DNA of 64,000 nucleotides, taken from positions 3,449-67,448 of the forward strand of contig JAAYZX010000122.1 in NCBI GenBank assembly GCA_012514635.1, written 5' to 3'. Origin of the DNA: Actinomycetota bacterium. Lineage in GTDB: Bacteria > Actinomycetota > Thermoleophilia > RBG-16-64-13. The position numbers and the translations under genes are program-made. Below are positions 1-9,436 of the stretch, piece by piece. The notes beneath the pieces were generated by a model. That model made no database searches. It had not been told where the DNA came from and worked only from the letters and a program-made list of their open reading frames with translations. Position 1 is the stretch's first letter. The number at the start of each line of letters is the position of its first letter.

Positions 1-590
1 GCCTTGGTGGCACCCTTGTCCACCATGGCCAAAACTTGGTTCGACCCCGATTCAAACCCCACATGGATACGATTAAGACCGGCGGCTTCCATGGCGCTCA
101 GATCCTCGTCGTTGAGATGGGTGGCTAGGGTGTGTGATCGCGCATACGTGGTGATCCGCTCTATCCACGGAAACCGCATGCGCATATGCTGTAGGATGCG
201 TATCATGTCGGCTGCTCGGATGGCCAGGCTGTTGGCATCCTGTAGAAACACGGACTTCATCCCCGTCTGGTACCAGCTCCACGCGATACCTGCTGCCAAG
301 ACATCCTCTTGGGGAAGATCGGGGAATGATTGGCGCCGCTCTTGCGCTATAGCCTCTGCCTCATCCACGCGACCCATCGCCGCATACACGTGTTGAGCAA
401 CGGCATCGATATCCGCCAGTACATGCTCGACAGGTCTCCGCGAAAACCGAGTTCCCTTATATACAGGGCAGAAGCTGCACTTGTTCCACGGACAGTTCCG
501 CGTGACCCGCACGAGGAGACTGGCGGCCTCACTCGGCGGTCTGATGGGCCCCTGTTCTACTCCCCGATACGCCTGCACAGATCTCGCCAT
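1..590 (-). CDS. Radical SAM protein, N-terminal ~196 codons only; the gene continues past the window start
   Basis: Hand translation of the minus strand. It is absent from the ORF track because there is no stop codon inside the window. Sequence: MARSVQAYRGVEQGPIRPPSEAASLLVRVTRNCPWNKCSFCPVYKGTRFSRRPVEHVLADIDAV...GLNRIHVGFESGSNQVLAMVDKGATKA. It has a Cys cluster with C-x4-C-x2-C spacing followed by a GLxRIxxGxES motif typical of radical SAM cores. A GGAGGA sits about 12 nt upstream of the ATG at 590, which lies 3 nt after the stop of the upstream ORF. Confidence 0.6.
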   Translation of the reverse strand, partial: MARSVQAYRGVEQGPIRPPSEAASLLVRVTRNCPWNKCSFCPVYKGTRFSRRPVEHVLADIDAVAQHVYAAMGRVDEAEAIAQERRQSFPDLPQEDVLAAGIAWSWYQTGMKSVFLQDANSLAIRAADMIRILQHMRMRFPWIERITTYARSHTLATHLNDEDLSAMEAAGLNRIHVGFESGSNQVLAMVDKGATK

Positions 591-592
591 TG

Positions 593-955
593 TCAGCAGC
601 CGTCCTCCGCCAACACCGGCCCCTCTTCTTCGTCCTTCTCCTGAATCTCGTAACGAACGCCATCTTCCGGCACTTCGGGGAACTCGGGGCTCCGCGAACG
701 AAGTGTACTCCACGCCTGGACGCGCAACGGTACATTGCAGTCCTGGTAGGCACAGCGCGCCCGCATCATAACAGCGTCGGCCAGACGGTCCAGATTGGGG
801 CTGCCGCCCACATACATCGTAGCCTTATCGAAAGTAGCGTCGTCAATGGCAACGTCATCTTCTACAAACGTCCTGTGACACTCCTCGCACCACAAGTGCT
901 TCGTGCCTCCTAGGCGCGTGCTCAGAGCCTCGGGCAGATCCTTGACCGGTCTCAT
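593..955 (-). CDS. Hypothetical small Cys-containing protein (120 aa), possibly metal-binding
   Basis: ORF-track ORF lying between the RNase R stop (995) and the radical SAM start (590). It contains HLWCEECH and CAYQDC. No family is recognised and codon bias is only moderately coding-like. Confidence 0.35.
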   Translation of the reverse strand: MRPVKDLPEALSTRLGGTKHLWCEECHRTFVEDDVAIDDATFDKATMYVGGSPNLDRLADAVMMRARCAYQDCNVPLRVQAWSTLRSRSPEFPEVPEDGVRYEIQEKDEEEGPVLAEDGC

Positions 956-994
956 GCTCGTCCTCCTACGTACGCAAAGGGCGATCCGCCGAGA

Positions 995-2812
995 TCATCC
1001 CTCGTCCTTGTGTTCTCCTGCCAACTCTACATCTATCTTGCCACGAGCCTCGTCAACATTCTTGACCCGCACCGTAACGAGGTCCGCCAATCTGTATGCA
1101 CCACCCGATCGTCGCCCCACCAAGGCGGTCTCCATATCGTTCAACTCATAGTAATCTCCTGGTAGATCGCGGGCGGCCAAGAAGCCCTGATACAGGCCAT
1201 CGAAGAGGACGAACGCTCCGCTCCGCACCAAGCCCAGGATCTCGCCTGCGAACACCCGATCCTTCCCCTCCCGTTCCAGCCGTGCGGTGAGCAGGTGCGC
1301 CAGAGCGATATCATCCGCCACGAGCTCCACCTTGGCCGCCTCCCGCTCCATCCGCGAACAGTGTTCCGCCCACTCGGTCAGCGAATACGTGGTGGGCTTG
1401 GGTCCCAGCCCCAGTTCCCCCAACAGGCCGCGATGCACCAGGAGATCCGGATATCTACGGATAGGCGAAGTGAAATGGCAGTAGGCGGAGGACGCCAGAC
1501 CGAAATGCCCGATGTTTTTGGTCTGATATACGGCGCGTGACTGGGCCCGCAGTACTTGATTCATGAGCGCCGCCTTGCCACGACCGGGAGGCGTAATGCG
1601 CTCTACCCATCCTGCGACATCTACCATAGTCCGCCGAATGTCTGCAGGTGTGGCTACCACGGGATCAAAGGGCGGTGTGGGCAGATCCAGGGATGCAAGA
1701 ACATCCAGCAGGTGATCCAAGTGAAATGGGTCGGGCAGATCGTGGACCCGGTACACGGTGGGCGTCCGTTGGCGCTCGAGGAAGACGGCCACCTGTTCAT
1801 TGGTCAGCACCATGAAGTCCTCGATAAACAGATGGCTTTCCAAGTCCTGTGCCACATGCGCGCGGATGAGGCGCCCCCGATCATCCCAGTGGAAGTCGGG
1901 CTCCAAAGACATGATGTCGATCTTGCCCCGCTCCGCCCGACGACGACGCAGGGCGGCCGCCAGGGACCTGCCCAGAGCCAGGGCGGCAGCCAACTCCGGA
2001 ATCGGATGCACACACCCCTCGAAAATGTCCTGAACCTGCTCGTACTCCAAGCGTGCATCATTACGCACGAGGGAACGATAGAAGTCCACACTCTGCGGAC
2101 AACCGTCGTCATCCACCACCATTTCCACCGTGACGGTCTTTCGGTCGACCCCAGGCATGAGCGAGCAGACGCCGCTGGATAGCTGGACCGGCAGCATGGG
2201 CTCAACACCCGTGGGTACGTAAACGGAGGTAGCACGGCTGAACGCCTCTTGATCGATCACCGATCCCTCGTGTACAAAGTACGACACATCGGCGATATGC
2301 ACATAGACCCGTACCGCGCCGCCGGCCGCCTTCTCGAAGGATAGTGCGTCATCAAAGTCACGTGCCGTTTCCGGATCGATGGTGAACGTGAACAGGCTCC
2401 GGAGGTCCACCCGCCCCTCGTCGCACACGGAATCACGTTGCGCCACCTCCGCAGCTTCGGCCAACGCCCGCGGCGCGAAACCGCGCTGCGGCACGCTGTC
2501 CAGTAGCAACGCCTCCAACACATCCTGGACATCGCCCTTGCGTCCGATGACCTTGAGTATCTTGACCCGTCGCCCATGTGAGTATGTGTATAGAACGAGG
2601 TCTCCGAGGTGCGGTTTGACCCCTTCCCGAGCCACCAGCAGCGACGTGCCCTTCTGGAACAGCGGCTCCACTTCTAGATGCCTGCCGCTGCGCGTCACCA
2701 GGCCGGCGGTAGGTCGCGACTGCTCCACAAATGCGCGTCCCGCAGCACGGGACACGGCTTGAGCCGACGCGTGGCGACGGGCGCTTCGGCTGAGGCGTTT
2801 GGGTCCGGACAC
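995..2812 (-). CDS. rnr: Ribonuclease R / RNase II-family 3'-5' exoribonuclease
   Basis: RNB catalytic domain signature HFGLASSAYCHFTSPIRRYPDLLVHR; 605 aa with an S1-like C-terminus. Confidence 0.9.
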   Translation of the reverse strand: MSGPKRLSRSARRHASAQAVSRAAGRAFVEQSRPTAGLVTRSGRHLEVEPLFQKGTSLLVAREGVKPHLGDLVLYTYSHGRRVKILKVIGRKGDVQDVLEALLLDSVPQRGFAPRALAEAAEVAQRDSVCDEGRVDLRSLFTFTIDPETARDFDDALSFEKAAGGAVRVYVHIADVSYFVHEGSVIDQEAFSRATSVYVPTGVEPMLPVQLSSGVCSLMPGVDRKTVTVEMVVDDDGCPQSVDFYRSLVRNDARLEYEQVQDIFEGCVHPIPELAAALALGRSLAAALRRRRAERGKIDIMSLEPDFHWDDRGRLIRAHVAQDLESHLFIEDFMVLTNEQVAVFLERQRTPTVYRVHDLPDPFHLDHLLDVLASLDLPTPPFDPVVATPADIRRTMVDVAGWVERITPPGRGKAALMNQVLRAQSRAVYQTKNIGHFGLASSAYCHFTSPIRRYPDLLVHRGLLGELGLGPKPTTYSLTEWAEHCSRMEREAAKVELVADDIALAHLLTARLEREGKDRVFAGEILGLVRSGAFVLFDGLYQGFLAARDLPGDYYELNDMETALVGRRSGGAYRLADLVTVRVKNVDEARGKIDVELAGEHKDEG

Positions 2813-2832
2813 GACGACAGCCTACACTGCGC

Positions 2833-3765
2833 CTACGAACCCGCAGGCCACAGCTCGAGCGAAACCCACTCTCCCTCATGGTACGAATCCACCACTGAGA
2901 ATCCGGCGGCCGCACCAACCGCACTAACTCTCTGTTCCTGGGGGCCGATCAGTATGCCCGCCAACAGCAGGCGGCGCGGCCGCGCGGGGGCCGCTTCGCC
3001 GGAGGCGAAGCGGCCCAGCAGTTGCAACACCGCTCCCTCGGTCAGGTTGGCCAACACTACCGAATCATGAAAGATGCTCACCGGTGCCTCAGCCAAATCC
3101 ACGCCGTACACCTCAAACGACACACCGTTAGCCGTGGCATTTGACTCCGCCGCCTCCACTGCCATAGGGTCTATATCGAAGGCAGTCACCGGGCCATATC
3201 CCAATCTCACGGCAGCAATGGCCAATATCCCCGAACCGGTCCCTACATCCACCAACGGGCCGCCTACCGACTCTGTGTCCGTAAACCCGCTACGACGCTG
3301 CAGCAGGGCCAACACTCCCTTTGTGGTGGGATGAAGCCCGGTTCCAAATGCAAGTCCCGGATTGATCATCACGTCGTGAAGATCGAACGGGGCCGGTTCG
3401 GCCCAAGGTGGACGCACATAGACTTCACCCACCACGAGCGGACGGAAGTGGTCTCGCCAGCCCTCTTCCCAATCCCGCGACACCCGGCGCCATTTCACGA
3501 CCACGCCATCACGCAACCCCCCTTCCGCCGGCAGCAGAGCAGACACCGTAGATTCGGTTGCGTGCGGGGAGCCGTGACAGGCCGGGAAGAAGATCAGTGT
3601 AGAACGCCCAATCCGGTCGCTGCGTTCCTCATACGGGCCTAAGCTATCCATGAGCAGCGCCCCCACGGCATCGGCGTGCGCCGCCGGCAGAGAAATGTAG
3701 AGCGCTCTATCGTTGGCAATCGTCTCGCGGCGTGCGCCGCCGGCCACGGGCATGTGCCGCATCAC
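2833..3765 (-). CDS. prmA: Ribosomal protein L11 methyltransferase
   Basis: SAM-binding motif VLDVGTGSGILAIAA and overall PrmA architecture. It overlaps dnaJ by 4 nt. Confidence 0.9.
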   Translation of the reverse strand: MMRHMPVAGGARRETIANDRALYISLPAAHADAVGALLMDSLGPYEERSDRIGRSTLIFFPACHGSPHATESTVSALLPAEGGLRDGVVVKWRRVSRDWEEGWRDHFRPLVVGEVYVRPPWAEPAPFDLHDVMINPGLAFGTGLHPTTKGVLALLQRRSGFTDTESVGGPLVDVGTGSGILAIAAVRLGYGPVTAFDIDPMAVEAAESNATANGVSFEVYGVDLAEAPVSIFHDSVVLANLTEGAVLQLLGRFASGEAAPARPRRLLLAGILIGPQEQRVSAVGAAAGFSVVDSYHEGEWVSLELWPAGS

Positions 3766-4895
3766 CCCGTGAAGAGCTGCTTGAACTTATGGAAGAAGCC
3801 TTCCGTCTTATGGTTATAGTGTTCTTCGCCGCAACACTCGTCAAAAGCCTGCAGAAAATCTCTCTGCCGCTCGTCCAGATTGCGCGGCACCACAACATTG
3901 ATGAGGATTCTCTGTGCACCGCGTCCCGTCTGTCGCAAACGTGGGACCCCCCGCGAACGCAACGTGATCACGTCACCGGGCTGAGTGCCGGCAGCGAAAT
4001 GAACCTCTTCTTCTCCATCCAACGTAGGCACGTTGAGATCTACACCAAGCGCCGCCTGAATCATAGTCAAATCCTGACGATACAGAATGTCATCCCCATC
4101 CCGTTGGAACAGAGGATGCGGAGCCACCCGCACCTGCACATATAGATCTCCCGGCTGCCCACCCCGTTCTCCGACACCGCCGCGTCCCGTCAACCTAACA
4201 CGCTGGCCGTCTGCGATCCCCGCTGGAATGTCCACCGACAGCGTGCGCGCGCGCAGGGACCTGCCCGCTCCTCCACACGCGGCGCAGGGTTCACCGATAA
4301 TGCGTCCTTCACCACGACAGGCGGTGCAGGGACCCGTCTGCACAAGCCGGCCGAGCAAGGACTGCCTAACCGTTTGCGAAACTCCACTACCTCCACACAC
4401 CGAGCACGTGGTAACCGACGACGGATCGGCCGTGCCCGCTCCTCCGCACTCCGGGCAGGTATCCAGCGCTTCGATCTCTACATCCTTGGTGACTCCAAAG
4501 GCCGCCTCCTCGAGATCCAGCACAACTTCTACCAGAAGGTCCTGTCCGCGTGCCGGCTCTGCCCGCTTTTGAGCTCCTCCACCAAACCACGAGCCGAAGA
4601 AACTCTGGAAAATATCGTCGAAGTCGCCGAAGGGACCGTTGAACCCACCAAAACCAGATCCGCCCGCGCCCCGCCGGAAGGCATCCGGCCCGTAGGTGTC
4701 GTACAACCGCCGCTTCTCAGCATCGCAGAGCACCTCGTAGGCCCGCGTGGCTTCTTTGAACTTTTCTTCGCAATCCGGATCGTGGTTGTTGACATCAGGG
4801 TGGAGCTCGCGCGCGAGCCGCCGGTAGGCTTTCTTGATGGTCTGTGTGTCGGCGTCACGTGGCACACCGAGCACTTCGTAGTAATCACGCGTCAT
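3762..4895 (-). CDS. dnaJ: Chaperone DnaJ (actinobacterial hrcA-dnaJ2 arrangement)
   Basis: J-domain YYEVLGVPRDADTQTIKKAYRRLARELHPD, a G/F-rich linker and four CxxCxGxG zinc-finger repeats. Confidence 0.9.
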   Translation of the reverse strand: MTRDYYEVLGVPRDADTQTIKKAYRRLARELHPDVNNHDPDCEEKFKEATRAYEVLCDAEKRRLYDTYGPDAFRRGAGGSGFGGFNGPFGDFDDIFQSFFGSWFGGGAQKRAEPARGQDLLVEVVLDLEEAAFGVTKDVEIEALDTCPECGGAGTADPSSVTTCSVCGGSGVSQTVRQSLLGRLVQTGPCTACRGEGRIIGEPCAACGGAGRSLRARTLSVDIPAGIADGQRVRLTGRGGVGERGGQPGDLYVQVRVAPHPLFQRDGDDILYRQDLTMIQAALGVDLNVPTLDGEEEVHFAAGTQPGDVITLRSRGVPRLRQTGRGAQRILINVVVPRNLDERQRDFLQAFDECCGEEHYNHKTEGFFHKFKQLFTG

Positions 4896-5938
4896 TCGTA
4901 ACGATCCTCTAGGAATTCTGACAGGAGGTGTGCAGTGCCCCGCACAGTGGCAATGGCAGATTCATAATCCATGCGGGTGGGTCCCACTAGGCTCACAGTG
5001 CCCAACGTCCGCTGCGGCAGACCGTAACCAGCGGCCACAAGCGAGAAGCTACGCAACGTCTCCACTACATTCTCTTCCCCGATACTCAGGTAGACACGAT
5101 CTCTGTCCAAAGCAGATCGGAGCACGCGCAGGATAAGATATCTCTCTTCAAGCAGACACATGAGGCGATGCAGCTCGTCCAGATCGCAGAACCGTGACGC
5201 ATCCAGAAGTGTGGAAGCGCCACCTACGTACAGTTCGGCAGACGACTCCTCGTCCAGCAGGCGACTGAAGGCGCGTTCCAACGTACCCAGAAACGCTGCC
5301 TCTTTGTGGGACAGCTCCGGATTGGTCAGCGCGCGACGTATCGTGCGCTCCGAGATTAACGAATCACCGATCAACTCGTTCAGGTATGCGCGCGCCCACT
5401 CCACCGTGCCGAGATCTACGGGAGCTGGGTACTCTATCATTTCCTTGGTCACACGCCCTGTTGACACAATGAACACTACCAGCAGTACGGAAGACTGCAA
5501 TAGCAGCAATTCTACGTGTCGCAGGCGGGCACCGCTGGTACGCGGCGCCACCACCAAAGCCAGCAGGTTGGTGGCGCGGGCCATGGCCTCGCTTGTCTGT
5601 TGCATGGCGGTGTCCACTTCTATGGCCAGTTCGTCCAGCTGTACCGGAGGTTGCGCTACATCTTTTCCAGTCTGGGCCGCAACCAGCGAATCCGCGATCT
5701 TGCGGTAACCGAGATCCGTGGGCACCCGGCCGGCGGAGATATGTGGATGAGTGAGATACCCAAGCTCCTCCAGGGTGGCGAACTCGTTGCGCACCGTAGA
5801 GGCCGATACTTTAAAATCCGCCTGCGCGGCAACCGACCTAGAGGACACGGGCACTCCGGAACGGATGTACTGTTCCGTAGTGATCCTCAGGATTATTTTC
5901 TGTCGCTGCGTGAGCGGCATAACGTGTTCGACTTCCAT
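4892..5938 (-). CDS. hrcA: Heat-inducible transcription repressor HrcA
   Basis: N-terminal winged-helix LTQRQKIILRITTEQYIRSGVPVSSRSVA. It is operonic with dnaJ with a 4-nt overlap. Confidence 0.9.
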   Translation of the reverse strand: MEVEHVMPLTQRQKIILRITTEQYIRSGVPVSSRSVAAQADFKVSASTVRNEFATLEELGYLTHPHISAGRVPTDLGYRKIADSLVAAQTGKDVAQPPVQLDELAIEVDTAMQQTSEAMARATNLLALVVAPRTSGARLRHVELLLLQSSVLLVVFIVSTGRVTKEMIEYPAPVDLGTVEWARAYLNELIGDSLISERTIRRALTNPELSHKEAAFLGTLERAFSRLLDEESSAELYVGGASTLLDASRFCDLDELHRLMCLLEERYLILRVLRSALDRDRVYLSIGEENVVETLRSFSLVAAGYGLPQRTLGTVSLVGPTRMDYESAIATVRGTAHLLSEFLEDRYE

Positions 5939-5949
5939 CTTTGACGGAG

Positions 5950-7197
5950 CTACTCATCGGCAGGCGTGAGGAGAATGGCGGACAGCACCGCGTTGACCAC
6001 GTTAAGCCCGCCCACGCTGAGTGTGAGTTTACCACAGCGCTCTTCCAGCAGGCCCCTTTCCAGGAGAATTGCGGTGCGGGTTCCGTCGAGCACGGGCTCG
6101 ATGAGCCGCCGCCCAACTCCTTGGCGCGTGCGCAAACCGAGCATGGCCCGCTCAAACAGCTTTGTCCTGGGAGCCAGCTCCTCCACATCCGCTCCAAACG
6201 AGCGAAGTCTATGGCTGCAGAGAGCGGTTACCCGCTCCACCTCTTGGCCCGGCGGCCAGACTCGACAATATGTTTCCACCGGAGCAGGATTCGTCCAGCG
6301 ATATCGGCCCACCGTGGAGACGGCACCTGCCCCCAGGCCCAGATAGTCGTGCCCCTGCCAGTACCCCTGGTTGTGCCGGCACTCAAAACCGGGGAGCGCA
6401 AAGTTAGACACCTCGTAACGTCCGTAACCCGCACTCTCCAACAACGCCACCGCCCGCTCGTAGTGGCGCTCGGCGAAGATCTGCGCCTGCGCTTGGGCCT
6501 CGGGCCCGAAGCGCCGAGCCAGCCCGGCGGCGAACCGCGGCGTGTACGTCAAATCATACAGCGAGATATGCGCCGGCCCCGCCGCCACGGCGCGGGCCAG
6601 ATCCCGCTCCGCCTGCATCCAAGACTGTCCGGGGATCCCGAATATCAAATCGATATTCCAATTCTCCAAACCGCACGCAACCGGCAGTGCGCAGGCATCA
6701 TGTATATCCTTATCCGCCACGCGACGGCCCAACACCGAGCGCAGCGACACATCGAAGCTCTGTATCCCTATACTGAGGCGCGTCACCCCCTCTTCCAACA
6801 GCCGTAGCAACGTCCTTTCCTGGAGGCTCTCCGGGTTGGCCTCTATCGATATCTCGCGCGGCCACATCCCCTCACCGGTGACACAACCATATCCCCCGCC
6901 GCCACTCCCCACCGGTTCCGCCGCGGGCGAGCCACCCGTCACCATGCGCACCAGTTCCACTAACACCCCTACAGGCAGACAGGTAGGAGTTCCACCCCCC
7001 ACGTACACGGTGTCCACCTGTACATCCAGAAGGGAACGGAAAGCGTGCAACTCTTCTCGGAGAGACGCAAGGTAGGCGGCCGCCGCCGGTTCCCGGGCGG
7101 CCGGCCTCAGCACTTCCGAGACGAAGTCACAGTATGCGCAGCGCGTTCGACAGAAGGGCACATGCACGTAAAGATGGCGCACTGTTCCTGCAACCAT
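5950..7197 (-). CDS. hemW: Radical SAM family heme chaperone HemW (HemN-like)
   Basis: HLYVHVPFCRTRCAYCDF radical SAM CxxxCxxC motif at the N-terminus; 415 aa, in the typical position between hrcA and lepA. Confidence 0.85.
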   Translation of the reverse strand: MVAGTVRHLYVHVPFCRTRCAYCDFVSEVLRPAAREPAAAAYLASLREELHAFRSLLDVQVDTVYVGGGTPTCLPVGVLVELVRMVTGGSPAAEPVGSGGGGYGCVTGEGMWPREISIEANPESLQERTLLRLLEEGVTRLSIGIQSFDVSLRSVLGRRVADKDIHDACALPVACGLENWNIDLIFGIPGQSWMQAERDLARAVAAGPAHISLYDLTYTPRFAAGLARRFGPEAQAQAQIFAERHYERAVALLESAGYGRYEVSNFALPGFECRHNQGYWQGHDYLGLGAGAVSTVGRYRWTNPAPVETYCRVWPPGQEVERVTALCSHRLRSFGADVEELAPRTKLFERAMLGLRTRQGVGRRLIEPVLDGTRTAILLERGLLEERCGKLTLSVGGLNVVNAVLSAILLTPADE

Positions 7198-7213
7198 CGG
7201 CCGCCTCGCAGCG

Positions 7214-7549
7214 TTAGCCGGAAACGGCGGCCAAGATCACGCAGATCACGCCCAAAGCTATCGCCACGTATCCGGCCATCTTGGTCCAGGATCGCCACAA
7301 GCCCCCTGATTGGACCTCAACAGCCCTGGCGGGACCCTGCTCCAACGCTGAACCGTGGTCCTCCGGACCGGAGCCGCCGGCTCTACGGATGGTGACGGTA
7401 GAGTCGCCCCCCTGCGCCCCGGAATCATTATTTGCGCCGGACTCAACTTCTTCTACATAGGGCCGGAACGGCCAGCGCCCGTTCGTCCATAGCTGCAACA
7501 TGCCCAAGGCAGTCAGCAGTATGCCCGCGATGAGGTAGTCTCCACGCAC
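7214..7549 (-). CDS. Small membrane protein with 2 predicted TM helices, hypothetical
   Basis: 111-aa ORF with hydrophobic N- and C-terminal segments (LIAGILLTALGML and YVAIALGVICVILAAV) around a Gly/Ser/Asp-rich middle. It sits between hemW and lepA. Confidence 0.4.
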   Translation of the reverse strand: MRGDYLIAGILLTALGMLQLWTNGRWPFRPYVEEVESGANNDSGAQGGDSTVTIRRAGGSGPEDHGSALEQGPARAVEVQSGGLWRSWTKMAGYVAIALGVICVILAAVSG

Positions 7550-7558
7550 AACTACCCC

Positions 7559-9364
7559 TTACTTGGTGTTGAGATCGAGAACAGCCAGGAATGCTTCCTG
7601 CGGAATCTCTACGGTACCCACCATCTTCATACGTCTCTTGCCTGCCTTCTGCTTCTCCAGAAGCTTGCGCTTGCGGCTGATGTCGCCCCCGTAGCACTTG
7701 GCCAGGACGTCTTTCCGAAGAGCCTTCACCGTCTCCCGCGCTATGATGCGGCTACCGGTGGCAGCCTGTATGGGGACATCGAACAATTGGCGAGGAATGC
7801 GCTTGCGCAGTCGTTCCACCAAACCCTTCCCCACCGCGTATGCTTTCTCTCGATGGCTGATCAGGCTGAGTGCATCCACCACGTCGCCCGCAATGAGGAT
7901 ATCCAGCTTGACCAAATCCCCTACACGGTAGTCGGCCAACTCGTAATCTAGGCTGGCGTATCCGCGGGTTCTGGTCTTTAGCAGGTCGAAAAAATCGAGC
8001 ACGATTTCCGCCAACGGCAGATCGTACGTCAAGCGAATGCGATCCGTGGACAGGTACTCCATCTCTCCAAAAACGCCCCGCTTTTCTTGGCAGAGTTCCA
8101 TGACACTGCCCACAAACTCCTGCGGAACCAAAACGCCGGCAGTAATATAAGGTTCTAGAACTTCTTCTATCTTGCTACCGTCCGGAAAATCCGTAGGATT
8201 GCTAATGGGCAATATCGTGCCGTCGATCAACACTACCTTGTAGAGCACGCTGGGAATGGTCATCAGCAGCTCCAGACCGAACTCTCGCTCCAGTCGTTCG
8301 CGGATGATCTCCATATGCAGCAGGCCAAGAAAACCGCAGCGAAAACCAAAGCCCAAGGCTTTGGAGGTTTCCGGTTCGTAGTGTAGGGCTGCGTCGTTCA
8401 GTTTGAGCTTCTCGAGAGCGTCCTTGAGATCCGGGTAATCCTCCCCATCTATAGGAAAGAGTCCACAGAAGACCATGGACACGGCTTCGCGGTAGCCGGG
8501 CAGCGGCTCCGCCGCCGGCCGCTGGGCGTCGGTCAGCGTATCTCCCACCCTCAGATCCTCTACCTCTTTGATGCCGGTTATGATGTAGCCCACCTCGCCG
8601 GCCTTCAGCTCGTCGGCCTTGCGCATATCGGGGCCGAAGAACCCCACCTCTTCCACCTCGCTGCGCCGATCGCTGGCAAATACCCGGATCATCTGACCGC
8701 CCCGGAAGGTGCCGTCGACCACGCGAACGAACGCCACTACTCCGCGATACTGGTCATAGAGCGAGTCGAAGATGAGAGCGCGCGCCGGACCATCGAGTTC
8801 TCCTTGAGGCGACGGTATACGTACCACGATCGCCTCCAACACCTCCAGAACCCCCTGCCCTGTTTTAGCCGATATAGGCAGTATCTCGCCTCTGGAGCAG
8901 CCTATGAGATTCATGATCTCCTCAGCGCGCCGTTCCGGTTCGGCTCCGGGAAGATCGATCTTATTCAGTACCGGCACAATCTCCAGATCGTTCTCTAGCG
9001 CCAGGTAGATGTTGGCGAGAGTCTGGGCTTCTATGCCCTGACTAGCGTCCACCACCAGCAACGCGCCCTCGCACGCCGCCAAGCTGCGAGACACCTCGTA
9101 GTTGAAGTCCACATGCCCGGGTGTATCGATGAGATTCAACTGATACTGCATCCCATCAGCCGCTGTGTGCAGCACTCGTACGGCCTGCGCCTTGATGGTG
9201 ATACCCCGTTCACGCTCAAGATCCATCCGATCGAGCACCTGCTCCCGCATCCGCCGTTGCTCTACGGTATTGGTGATCTCCAAAATACGGTCGGCCAGCG
9301 TGGATTTCCCATGATCAATATGGGCAATGATGGAGAAGTTACGAATGTGCGAGAAGGAAACCAT
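7559..9364 (-). CDS. lepA: Translation elongation factor 4 (LepA)
   Basis: [26 protein letters not shown]-binding motif. The likely start is the Met of [10 protein letters not shown], because the ORF-track start at 9433 adds a non-conserved extension. Confidence 0.9.
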   Translation of the reverse strand: MVSFSHIRNFSIIAHIDHGKSTLADRILEITNTVEQRRMREQVLDRMDLERERGITIKAQAVRVLHTAADGMQYQLNLIDTPGHVDFNYEVSRSLAACEGALLVVDASQGIEAQTLANIYLALENDLEIVPVLNKIDLPGAEPERRAEEIMNLIGCSRGEILPISAKTGQGVLEVLEAIVVRIPSPQGELDGPARALIFDSLYDQYRGVVAFVRVVDGTFRGGQMIRVFASDRRSEVEEVGFFGPDMRKADELKAGEVGYIITGIKEVEDLRVGDTLTDAQRPAAEPLPGYREAVSMVFCGLFPIDGEDYPDLKDALEKLKLNDAALHYEPETSKALGFGFRCGFLGLLHMEIIRERLEREFGLELLMTIPSVLYKVVLIDGTILPISNPTDFPDGSKIEEVLEPYITAGVLVPQEFVGSVMELCQEKRGVFGEMEYLSTDRIRLTYDLPLAEIVLDFFDLLKTRTRGYASLDYELADYRVGDLVKLDILIAGDVVDALSLISHREKAYAVGKGLVERLRKRIPRQLFDVPIQAATGSRIIARETVKALRKDVLAKCYGGDISRKRKLLEKQKAGKRRMKMVGTVEIPQEAFLAVLDLNTK

Positions 9365-9436
9365 GGACGTAGATTGTACCCCAGGAAGGGGGGAGTGCCC
9401 TGAAAGAATCGCACCTCGGCACCCATTCGGCACCGT

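Noticed and set aside
4-396. 130-aa plus-strand ORF at the window start
   Set aside because: It is antisense to the partial radical SAM gene, and its translation is Arg/Ser/Cys-rich low complexity typical of GC-rich antisense frames.
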